From Monocercomonoides exilis PA203 (taxonomy: Eukaryota; Protista; Preaxostyla): DNA of 64,000 nucleotides. The stretch covers positions 248,001 through 312,000 of the forward strand of contig LSRY02000021.1 in NCBI GenBank assembly GCA_001643675.2, given 5' to 3'. This document shows positions 14,624-25,491 of this stretch, piece by piece; the stretch's first letter is position 1; every line of letters starts with the position of its first letter. Below the pieces are notes generated by a model. That model saw only the letters and a list, made by a program, of their open reading frames with translations. It was not told the origin of the DNA and did not search any database. A program made the translations under genes and the position numbers.

Positions 14624-16864
14624 TCAAATGAACTTCAGAGCCAGACACAAAATGAATGATATCATCAAAGCGCAGAGTTTCGTCATCGGTTGGATGTTGA
14701 AAGCGCCTTCTGCTTCGACCGGGAGAATCGGACACTTCATTTTGTATGCCACAAATGAGTCATTCGCATACTGCCCATCAGCCACTGAACTCATCGAGAC
14801 CACCGGCTTCGTCCTCCCAGCGATACACATCTTCATCTGCGACATCCACCCACACTCCGGCTGCAACGCACACTCTGCACACGAAGAGTAGCCGAAGCAG
14901 CGGTCACAGCGGGACAGCGTGTTAGATGATCGTGTGCTGTTTGTCGAGAAGTACGGCGACGACGGGAAGTGGCAGGTTGTCTGCGATGTCAGCTCTCCGA
15001 TCGATCCAGTCGCAGAAGTCACCTGCTTCCACGACGCAATGCAGGACTTCGTTGAGTGGCACCAGATGCACCCGCCGCCAGAGACACACGTGGAGCAATC
15101 GCGCATCAGACACGGATCGTCCGTCTCAAAAATAGGCTCGTCGTTCGCTTGGTTCCTCCTGCCCCCCAAATTTCTGTGGATCTGCTTCGAGGCGCTTCTT
15201 CCTTTGTTCTGCTGCTGCAATGAATGTGAAGCAGCGTCTGTGGGCGCACATTTTTTAAGCACACGATTCCAAGTGCAGTTGGCATCCGCATCGCACAGAG
15301 GCTTTGTATGGTACGTGCAGTTCTTCACAGCCGGATTCTCCGGGTCTGAGTGGAGTGTGTATTCCAGCGACTCAGATGAGCACTCTCCAATCCGTGCCTC
15401 TGGATCTGCAGACCATTTGTTGTTGTCCAGACACAGCCCAGACTCTGCGCACCATCCGCAGATGGCCTTGGAGAAGTCGTCTGTGCCGTTCGTCACATTG
15501 ACATTCGCTGCGATGCACGCCTGCTTCGTGCGAATGCCCAGACAGGGGTACTTCTCAATCAGCTCCTTCTTCGTGCGGAGCAGCGACGTGCACTGCCCGA
15601 AGTTCTGCCCTTTCTCGTTCCCTGCGCGGCACTTGCGCGTCGACCCGCAGTAGACACAGCCTGAGTGCGAGACGCACCGCAGCGGGTCGTACGACATCTG
15701 CGCACAGTCGTCCAGCGGGCACTGCTCGGTGCTCTTCGACATTTCGGTGCACATCCCTTTCTTCGGCTTCTCGTCTGCATCGACCTCGACACACTGGTCA
15801 GATGTCAGGCAGTACCCACACTTCGTCGCCCCGTCCTCAAAAGTGGCTGCTTTGCACGATTCGCAGGTCTTGAACGGCGAGCACTTATCGTCAACTGGCC
15901 CCACAATTGGCTCGTAAACTGCGTTTTCTATCCCAAAAGCATCGGTTCCTCGTTCTATTCGGAAATATCCTCCATCTGCCCAATACGAACCCCAGCTATT
16001 TTGTATCAGCCAGTACTTAGTTGGTTCGTTCCGCTTATTCATTCCTGTCCCCCAACCAACGATTTTCACTGCATGAAATGTATCAAATTCACCTCCTTTA
16101 TCGTCTTTGCAGTACACAGTTGTTTTTGGATAACTAGAGTAAAAAGATGTAAATGAACCCCAGACCTAATATATTCATCCAAATAATTATTATCATCATA
16201 TAAAACAAGAAATAAATAGTTGACAATGCGCTAATGCTGCATACTTCATATGATGCGATGACGCTGCCTGAATTTAACATCGATTCCATAATTTCCTGTT
16301 CATTCGATAATTGTCGAAATGATTTTATTTTAAAAACAATATTATCTGTAATTCTCTCTTGGTTATCACATGTTTCTGCGCAACGTCTCTGCCCAAGTTC
16401 TCGATAAGATTTGCATGCAAGTGGAACTATTCCATTTTCCTGAACAAAACTTAAAGCCTTCGACACATAACCTCCATCGCAACCAAAATTTTCTGTGCTA
16501 CATTGTATTAGATGTTCTGCAGACATTTGCTGATTCGTATGCCCATTGATGCAAAGTCTATCCGCAGTAACGCCGCTGGTTGCAAATGACCAGCAACTTC
16601 CACATTGACCTGAAGAACAAAATTCATTTTAATCGAATATTTTTTAAACTTCATTTATAAAATTAAACAAAGCAACCTTGATTTAAAGGACGATTAAGTG
16701 AAATGCATTCAGGGTATTTCTCTCGAAGATCGAATGTATCCGGGAATGTTTCTAAAATGTTTTTCAAATAATCAATATTTGAAAATGTTAATTGCATTAA
16801 CTTGACAATAAAGAAATATACCCTGGCAAACAACGAAGTAAAAAAGGAAAAAAAACAACTTCAT
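14624..16864 (-). CDS. Cathepsin-B-like (papain family C1A) cysteine protease with C-terminal Cys-rich PSI-like repeats and a hydrophobic tail (4 exons)
   Basis: Spliced reading: signal peptide [38 protein letters not shown] (catalytic Cys), [15 protein letters not shown] (His), YWLIQNSWG (Asn). Then repeated CxxC...CGWC...C units and the C-terminus [17 protein letters not shown]. Confidence 0.92.
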
Positions 16865-17056
16865 TTTCTTTTGATTTTGTTATTGGTAAACTTGATCTTA
16901 TACAGAAAATTTCATAACTTTTACTTTTTTCAAAATTAACATAAAAAAATACTTGATGATAACTAAAATGGCTCGATTCTTAGTAATTGAAATTTTTTTT
17001 TCAATCAGTAATGATAAATGGGGCAGTAAATAAGCGTCTTTTAAAAAAAGATGAAT

Positions 17057-18362
17057 TTACTTGAATGTCTTTCCGTCAATGCATGGAACATTCTTTCCTC
17101 CAAAGCTTCCTTCCCATTCGCAGAGTTCTTCGAACAATTTTCTGTCTGCTTCGGATGCAGGATCCATTTTTCTCCAGGTCCATGATTCGAAATCTGGGCA
17201 TTCAGACATTCCAGCTGGCATGTCTTTATCGTTCCACAACCAGCAACCCATTGACTGCAAGTCTCCGTTCTTTCCGAGAATCAGAACAGATCCAAATGCA
17301 GTCTTTCTGATGCTTTCAAGTCTCTGTAACCATCCGCTAACAAGATTGCACAATTTGAAAGCTTGATCAAATTCTTTTGGAAACTTATATTCGCAGAAAT
17401 AGATGCTGAAATGCTCGAACTTATCATCATCTAATTTCTTCCACAACTTTGGCCACATCTCCTTATAGTTTGCGGGTTTTGTGTTGGAATACAGTCTTTT
17501 CCACCAGTCCATGTTCAAAGGAGCATTAGGATCTTCAACGTATTCTTGCTCTTCTTCTTCCTCTTTTTCTTCAACTTCTTCCTTTTTCTCTTCTTTTGGT
17601 TTGTGTTCTTCCTTTGGCTTTTGCTCCTTTTTAGGTTTTTCTGGCTTTGGAGGTTGTTCGCCATTTTCGCAGAGTTTGAATTCTCCCAAAACGGACTTAA
17701 CGGGGCAAAGGTTGAGAATTGTGTTCATCCAACGAGTAACGCAAATCAAGCCTTTACGATCATTTTGTCCATAAACATGGGCAAAGATGTAAGACAATGA
17801 TGTTGCCAAAGAAATATCAGCCAATGAGCAACGCTCTCCAACCAAAAAGGTTTTGGTGAACAAAATCTTTTCCAATCTGTCAACAACTTCCCGAACAGAT
17901 TTAGTGGCTCTTTGGTAGTTTGGTGGGTTGTACTGTCTCTTTTGTGTAATTTGTCCAGCAATTTCTTCGACTTGATGTTCAACTCTTTCTTCGCAAACAT
18001 CCAACCATTGGTCAACATTTCCAGATTCAGCAGCTGAACGACCATACAAATAGCAGCAAGTTGACAGTGGGCGAGATCTTGCAATTGTACGAAGGATTGC
18101 ATTTGCACCGAAGACATGACCTCCTGGATATGTCATCACTGGGAAAATACCAAGTGGTGAAAGTTCCAAAAGATGCTCTTTTGCTTTTTGATCCTTTGGA
18201 GCAACATCGTTAACAACAACCAAATCAATTTTGTTAATTTTGGCTGCAATTTGAATTTTGTTCAAAACTGATCCTTCTTCGCAATATAATGTCTAATAGG
18301 AAAAAATTATAAATAAATATAACGAAAAATTCTCAAACCACTTTATCACAACAGCAAGACAT
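17057..18362 (-). CDS. EEF1G: Translation elongation factor 1B gamma (GST-like domain + EF1G C-terminal domain), 2 exons
   Basis: GST-like N-domain (NAILRTIAR, VDQWLD, TFLVGERCSLADI), Lys/Glu linker, EF1G domain (MDWWKRLYSNT, NLVSGWLQRLE, KTAFG, DGKTFK end). Short exon 1 MSCCCDKV from ATG 18362. Confidence 0.95.
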
Positions 18363-18424
18363 CTTTTTTTCAATAAAAGATCTTATCCATAATATTGTAT
18401 GCTTCCCCATTATTTACATTTATA
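18363..18424. promoter_or_regulatory. Putative bidirectional promoter (62 bp between the eEF1B-gamma and DPCK-like start codons)
   Basis: Divergent ATGs at 18362 (-) and 18425 (+), each immediately followed by recognisable N-terminal sequence. Confidence 0.6.
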
Positions 18425-19480
18425 ATGATCATTGCAGGTTTGTCGGGCCAGGTTGGCACCGGCAAGACCTCTGTAGCTTATATGCTTCGTGAAAAGGGGG
18501 TAACGGTAATTTGTCATGGTTTGACATGAAGAAATATTTGTTTAATTTTTGGTCAAAAATGTTATTTTATTTTTATGTCGTTTTTGATTTCAAGATGAAA
18601 TTGTTGCTACAAGCATAAAAAAGGGCAGTTCCTTTTATAATAAAGTATTTATTTATTAAAATTATAAATATGAAGATTTATTTTTTTATTCTTTTGATTG
18701 CATAACGTAATTTTATGCAAATTTTTCGCTTTGACAAGGTTGTAAAATTCATGGGTGATGGAGTGCTTCTTCAAGATGGGAACATAAATTTTCGTCATTT
18801 TTTTGGTAAGCTGATACTTTTCAATTGTTTCTTTGATTCCTAATTTGAAACGCTAATTTAATTTTTTATTTTAACATATCATTGAAAAGATTCTTCAACT
18901 CAAAATAACAAAGAACAAGGAGAATTGTGGAAATCTATTCGAAAGCGTGTTATTATTGAAATAAGCAAGCGCATTGCAATTGAATGGCTGAAGGTAATTT
19001 GATAATGTTAAATTTTTATGTATGTTGAATTTGTTTGCTTTTAAAACAATTTTTATCGTTTGTAAGGGTACGGAAATACTTATATTAGATTGCCCAATTG
19101 TATTCGACTCTTGGGTTAAGCATTTTATTGATCCATTAATCGTTGTTTATGCTGATCCAGCAACTCAAACAAAACGCATTCAGCAGAGAGATGGATTAAG
19201 CGGTACGGAGATAGCAAGCAGAATTTCTTCACAAATGGCTTTGTATGAAAAAGCTCCGCTGGCTTCTACTCAGATTGATAATAGTTTTACAATTGAAAAT
19301 ACCCAAAAGCAGGTTGATGCACTTTATTTGCGATTACAAACTTCATCGGAGAAAAAAACTGTTAAAAGAAAATCAATAAGAATCGGAGTTATTATTTTTG
19401 GGATATTTCTTCTTTTTCTTTTATTTCGCTTGCTTCTGGGTTTCATTAAACGGATTTATTTTTCAATTTTTAAGAAATGA
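18425..19480 (+). CDS. Dephospho-CoA kinase-like P-loop kinase with C-terminal transmembrane helix (about 5 exons)
   Basis: N-terminal MIIAGLSGQVGTGKT P-loop, LDCPIVFD, QTKRIQQRDGLS...RISSQM and IDNS, matching the CoaE/DCAKD layout. Hydrophobic tail IGVIIFGIFLLFLLF. Confidence 0.82.
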
Positions 19481-19730
19481 ACATCTTCGATTCGAGTTCT
19501 TTTTCTTTTTGAATGTTTCTTAATCACAAATTATTTATCTTCAAAATGGTTGTATTGTTGTGTTAATGTAATTACTAATTAGTCAATTTTAATAGTTAGC
19601 ATGATTTTAGTGTTGGGATATTTTCTATTTTAAAATATTACCAACCCATTAATTTAACATAAAAAGTTACTGAATAGGGATAGTCAAACACATAGAAATA
19701 GAACATTGGTCTCTTTTTGAACTTTTCAAA

Positions 19731-20585
19731 ATGACAGCTGATCCACGTGAAACCGCAGTATATATGGCTAAACTCCAGGAGCAATCCGAGCGCTATGAAG
19801 GTTTAAGATTTTTAAGATTTTTTGAAGATTTTTCGAACTTCATTTGAAATGGCGAAAACTGTCATTTATATATGTAACTAATTGCTTGATAATTAATATT
19901 TATAGAAATGGTGAAGAGCATGAAAACTGTTGCTCAAATGAATGTTGAATTGACAGTTGAGGAAAGAAATCTGCTTTCTGTCGCATACAAAAATGTTATC
20001 GGAGCTCACCGTGCTTCGTGGAGAATTGTTTCTTCAATTGAACAAAAAGAAGAGGCTAGAGGAAACGCACATCATTTGGAAATGATCAAGAAATATCGCG
20101 CAAAGATTGAAGACGATCTGCAAAAGAATTGTGATGATATTCTTGAACTTCTTGACAATAATCTCATTCCACACGCCACAACTCCTGATGCAAAAGTGTT
20201 TTACTATAAAATGAAAGGAGATTATTTCCGTTATTTGACTGAATTCTTGGTCGATGAACCAAAGAAGAAGGCTGCTGACAACTCACATGCAGCATATGAA
20301 TCTGCAACTGCAATTGCAGAATCAGACCTTCCACCCACAAACCCCATTCGTCTTGGACTTGCTCTGAATAACTCTGTGTTTTATTACGAAATATTGGAGT
20401 CACCAGATCGTGCATGCGCCCTTGCAAAGAAAGCATTTGACGATGCAATTGCTGAATTGGATACATTGAGCGAAGAATCATACAAGGATTCAACTTTGAT
20501 CATGCAACTCCTTAGGGATAATCTTTCTCTGTGGACTGCTGGTGCTGGAGAAGAAGAGGAGGAGAATAGAGAGAAGCCAGAATAA
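19731..20585 (+). CDS. 14-3-3 protein (2 exons; intron 19801-19906)
   Basis: [53 protein letters not shown] and [16 protein letters not shown]. Confidence 0.98.
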
Positions 20586-20799
20586 ATTTTATAGTTCATT
20601 TTAGAAATCCTATCGACCCAGGCATTGCCTTTTTTTATTTTCTCAAATTTTTTTTCCTGAAATGCAATCAATTCGTTTCCAGTTTTCTTTTTGGATTGAA
20701 GTAACAAAAAATCTATAAAAATGAAATGTGTGACGAAATGATAGTCTGAAATGAAGATAATGAAATTCAAGTTTTTATTAAGATTTGTACATAGAAGTT

Positions 20800-22387
20800 T
20801 CAAGTTAAACAGGATGGACAGTTATGGAGAGAATCTGAGAACAAGAAAATGTTAATTTTAATAATTTAATGGAATAAATCATATATTTAATTTTAAAAAA
20901 AAAATCCATTAGTTCATAAAAAGGGTAGAAATAAAACAAACTGTGTATGTAAAAATCGCAATCTTTACAATAAATTTTCTGACACTTAGGGCATTGGAAG
21001 ACTTCTTCTTCTTCAACAAAGCGACTTTGGCATCCAAAGCACCTTTAATGTGTTGTAATCATCAATTAAAAAAGAAATTAAATTACATTCAATCAAAATT
21101 TTCATTGAACCCGATGTATGTTTATTGATAAAAAAATGAATACAAACTTCTTTGAATCAGAAACCGCCCATGAAAGATTGTCTGAATCGAGCATATCTTT
21201 ATCTTTCTGATCATCTGATTCTTTTGAATATGAAGATGCGGCAGAAAGGACTGAAGATGAAGAATAGCTTTGTTTGTCAAAAGATGCAACTGGGAAAAGA
21301 TGATGGTTTGAACGAGCAAGGTGAGGCGCTGCAATCAAAAAAAGTCCGCATACGGAGCAGTCAGAAGGAATTGAATGTGTCACAGACAAGCATTGTGGGC
21401 AAATAGAAAGAAGAGAGTTTGTTTGATGCGCTTTCTGTTGGAGCTGGTCGCTAGAAACAGAAGTTTTTTGAATTGAAGATGATTTGATACCAGAAAATTC
21501 GGGAGATGCGATTTGAGATTGCTGTGAAGGCTGAATGTGAAGTGATGTCAGTGATTGAGGATCGAGAGTTGATAAATCTGAAGAGGATGATGTAGAAAGT
21601 GTGGTTGGAAATCCAATTTTTATTAAAAAGGCTCGAGAAGTTGATTTTTCGGTATTCTCCTGCTTAATTCGAATGTGTGGACTTTTCTTAATCGTCAAGT
21701 TTGCAGAGCGAGATGGAGATGGCACTGTAAAATATTGCAGCAACGAGTTGCAATGCTCTTCGTTTAATGCAACGTTGTGAGTTCCTTTTTATAAGAAAAA
21801 TAAAAACCAAAAGTTTATAATTTCAACTAACCATTTGTCTCATGTGCAATAACTTTAAGTAAATGCATTTCAACGTCAAGTGAAATTACAGAACATTTCA
21901 CTCTATCTTGCTTTAATGTACCAATTGTTGAATATATATTTCCAGGATCGCAAGTTTTTGTATTTCCATAAACAATTAGAACTTCTTTCGAACCATAACT
22001 TGGGACAGTTTTGAACGAATTTAAAACAGATTGCAAGCCATTTTGAAGTGATGGTTCTCCGGAACAATTAATTTCTGGTGACAGATGCTCTAAGACTTCC
22101 TCGCAGCTGCCTATTCAAATAAATATTAATTATGAAAAAAGATTTACCAAACTATCAGGTTCGCAAAGGATATGCGCTTTTCCATTTTTTGTCAAAACTA
22201 CTCCAAGTCGAGACAATGGATTTTGATCGAAAAATTCTCGAATAAAGGAGACAAGAGCTTGTTTTATAAATGTCATCCTGTCTGGTGAAAAGTCCGTTGT
22301 TTCCATCTTTTGAGAGCAATCAAGCAAAATTACTAAATAACGAAGCATGTCCCTTGAGACTGCTTCCCCTGTTGAGATTTTTGTCAT
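20800..22387 (-). CDS. GTF2H2: TFIIH subunit p44/Ssl1 (vWA domain + zinc fingers), multi-exon
   Basis: MLRYLVILLDCS, FIREFFDQNPLSRLG, GEPSLQNGL, SKEVLIVYG.TCDPG, CPQC...CSVCGLFL.APHLARS.HHLFP, and terminal exons CFGC...CPKC..YCKDCDFYIH..LHNCPSC; stop at 20800. Confidence 0.93.
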
Positions 22388-22508
22388 TGGAAATTTTATT
22401 TATTATTTGATCATTTAACCAAATTAATATTTATTTTTCGTTTTGGATTATACAAACACACAACTATTTTATAATAATTCTTCAAAACTTGGTTCCATTG
22501 AAGGCATT

Positions 22509-23557
22509 ATGGAATTTCCATCTCCTGAACAATTATCAAAAACGCATTATTATGGAAAAATCAACAAAATGAAACCAAAAAAGAATAAAAGATTATTTGC
22601 AGCAAAGAATGTTTCGAAAGAAATTCCTCGCTCCCTGCGCGATTTTGTTCCATCTTCCGGTAGCTCTTACAATCCCGATGAAAATTCACATCAAAAAGCG
22701 CTTGCTACAGCTGTTTCACATATTGTCAGAGAAGAAAATAAGCAAAAAATTTTATTGAAAAAAATAGGGAAAATCAGGAAATCTAAGGGCGATGTGTTGC
22801 AAATGAAATCACTAAAATCTCTTCTCAACTCCACAGATAATGAAAAAAAGAAAGAAGATGATTCTGACGATGATGATGTGTGATTTTCTGTTTTATTTGA
22901 TTTTATTAAGTTTTTTTCAGACATCCGAAGAAGATGATGAAATTAACCCGCAACGCCTTTCACGTTGGCAGCGTATCAGATTAAGAGGAAAACGAAATAG
23001 TGCGTTATTGAGAAGAGCTAGAATGAGAAAGATTGAAAATGAGGCACGAATTGCTGCTGCGGGCGGGAGAGTGGGAAAGTTGCATAAACCTGTTGAAATT
23101 ACACCTGAGAAAATTGCCCGTAGAATGAGGAAAAAACTGGCAAGGAAAAATAAGAAAGATGCAAAACAACTTGGGCGTCATAAGTTTGCTTTTTCTTTTG
23201 GATGGAAATCTTTAAATATTTTGAAATGAATTTGAAGGTTTCAAGATAAGCCAGATGAAGTTTTGCTTAGTGAAGAACTCCCTAAAACGCTTCGGCATTT
23301 GGCTACATCATCTCTGCCTCTTTTGGATTATCAACATTCATTAGAAGCAAATGGTTATATTGAGCCAAAGCATGTTGATCGGTTTGATTTTTCAATTTGC
23401 ATTAGCATGTTACATATACAATAATATGTATTATTACTTTTTTCAATTTTTCTTTTGATTTGAATTCATTTTTAGTGTAAAAAAAACTAAAAAAGTGTTG
23501 CATTCTCAAAATACAGCTGTTGCTGACTTTCTAAAAGATCAGGGAGTTGACGTGTAA
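22509..23557 (+). CDS. NOP53: Nop53/GLTSCR2-like 60S ribosome biogenesis protein (short form, multi-exon)
   Basis: Nop53-type motifs PSSGSSYNPDENSHQKAL and LGRHKF..PDEVLLSEELPKTLRHL...LDYQHSL..GYIEP, plus a basic central region. Confidence 0.8.
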
Positions 23558-23951
23558 TAATTATGTGAATAATTCTTTCATTTCATAATTAACATTTCAA
23601 TAAAATACTTCCATTTCACCATTTCAAATGAAAATAAAGAAAAATTCTGATATAAATGTATAGTTACAAATTTTCAAGTGTTATTCATAATTAATATGTT
23701 TTATTCTGGAACAATCATCACATAAGTAATTAAACACGTGACATAATTCCTTTAGGGGTATTTGAATAATTGAAAAGACTCCTTGCTTCAAAGCTGAAAC
23801 CATTCCAAGCTACAAAAGAGCGTAATCTTTATTCGTTAATAATTTGTTTCATTTATCTTTTAGTATTTTTAGGAATTTCTTTACAATAACATTTTTCTTC
23901 AAATGAAATTTAAAGTTTTTTTAAAGCAATTATTATTGAATTTTTTTTTGT

Positions 23952-24003
23952 TTTGTTTGTTTGTTTGTTTGTTTGTTTGTTTGTTTGTTTGTTTGTTTGT
24001 TTG
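23952..24003 (+). repeat. (TTTG)13 microsatellite inside the left TIR, mirrored as (CAAA)13 at 29241-29292
   Basis: Directly visible; same unit number in both arms. Confidence 0.95.
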
Positions 24004-24490
24004 GCGTTTTCTGGTTGTTTTATTTTTATTAAGGTTGGTAATTATTTTTGAAATCATAACTTTTTCGGGATATTGATTTTTCAAAAGTTGTTTGTCATGG
24101 GTAAGAGGTTTTGAATTCAAATTGTTGAATTATCACTCCTGTTTCAAAAACAAATGCTTCACCTGAAATAAACATGAAGATGTCTTTTGCAAAAAATTTG
24201 AACTTTTCAATGTTCGTTTGTAAATATTCAAGAGAAAATTTCGAACCGAATTTTTTGTTAGCAAAAGCATGATTTCTAAAATAATCACACAGGCATATTC
24301 GCTCATTATTATATTTGAAAACAGCAAAATGCAAGTATTTAGAAGAGATTTAAAAAAATACTAATGAATGTTTTGACGTGAATTTTTTTTAAGGTTTCCG
24401 TCATTCATGTAATTTTTGATGAAAATGTGTGTGCCCATAAAATACACACTAACCATTTCATCGTTAATGTTAACAATGGTGGACACTTTC

Positions 24491-24742
24491 AAGAGACATG
24501 GTATGTCAGCTATAGATCCATCTCGATTAGGTCAATCAATTTTATCTATTTATGTGTATCTGATGGTAGTTATCATTTTATATAATAAGTTGGAATAAGC
24601 AATGATAATTGATAGAGATCGAGAGTTATTGCTGTTATTCTTAGGGTTTATCATGACTAGATTTTCATTGATGTTCTATAAAGTTGGAGTTATTGATTGG
24701 TGTAATCGATATATGTCTATAGCTGACATACCATATCTCCTT
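24491..24742. repeat. Nested ~50-bp imperfect inverted repeat (24491-24540 / 24692-24742) inside the TIR, mirrored at about 28502-28753
   Basis: Perfect 19-bp core ATGGTATGTCAGCTATAGA versus TCTATAGCTGACATACCAT, with further pairing (TCGATTA/TAATCGA, CAATCAAT/ATTGATTG). Confidence 0.9.
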
Positions 24743-24904
24743 GGAGGAGAATTAGCTAAAAGATTAACTGGAATGTCGAAGATGGTGAAATTAGTGAAAA
24801 ACATGAGTTGTATGTTGAACGTGTTGTATGTTGAATGCGTTGGTGTGATCGTTGGAGGAAATCGTAAATAAAAATAATTGATTTTGTTTTTTGTTTTATA
24901 GTAA

Positions 24905-25147
24905 ATGGGTCGGAAGAAGATATACGCAACTGTTGAAGAAGCGAAAGCGGCTCAACAGAAACAAATTAAACAGTTTCAGGAAAAACGAAAGGAAGAAACT
25001 AAGTATTACAACGAACATGTATCTGAGAAACAGAAGATATTGATTAAGATATTGATGAGAAAGCTTATCGAAAGTGATGAGTTGTTAGATGAGTTGATGG
25101 AAAAAGTTAATGGTTATTTGCCTGCACAGGGTGGACAGGTTAAGTGA
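24905..25147 (+). CDS. 80-aa basic helical protein encoded in the left TIR (putative DNA-binding or accessory protein)
   Basis: Intact ATG ORF after a T-tract and TAAATG; N-terminal MGRKKIYATVEEAKAA followed by a charged helical region. Identical copy in the other arm. Confidence 0.65.
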   Translation: MGRKKIYATVEEAKAAQQKQIKQFQEKRKEETKYYNEHVSEKQKILIKILMRKLIESDELLDELMEKVNGYLPAQGGQVK

Positions 25148-25491
25148 GTGATGCTGCGACATGGAAATATTGTGTTAAATCTCCGAGCTTTTCATCCGCA
25201 CTGGTCGCATAGGATTCACCGGGTCATTTATATTCTAGAAATAATGTGGGCAAACGGACAAACTGAGAAAATTGGGAAAAATACATTTTATGTGAAAAGA
25301 GCTGCCAACATACCATTTCTGCCAACATGAGCATTTTCCCCTAATTTGCTATGATTTTGAGGGTTATCATTTAACTTCGACTGTATCATCATTTATCCAC
25401 ATTGCCACATGGTATCGTTGATGGCATACAACAAATGGAACACATATGTAGTATTGTTTTTGTATTAATGATTCCAAAAAATCGAATATGT

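Larger units (their letters stand above)
23733..25299 (+). repeat. Left terminal inverted repeat arm (1567 bp including the palindromic flank)
   Basis: Reverse complement of 27945-29511. Six ORF translations are identical in both arms, and pairing breaks at 23732/29512 and 25300/27944. Confidence 0.97.

Noticed and set aside
23899-24871. Other short ORFs in the TIR (73, 79, 64, 60 and 89 aa) and their mirrors
   Set aside because: They overlap a microsatellite or the nested hairpin, several lack an ATG, and their composition is that of AT-rich non-coding DNA; duplication alone explains their recurrence.
25155-25215. Possible structured ncRNA after the 80-aa ORF (TGCGAC...GTCGCA)
   Set aside because: Only a 6-bp stem is evident; insufficient support without covariation.
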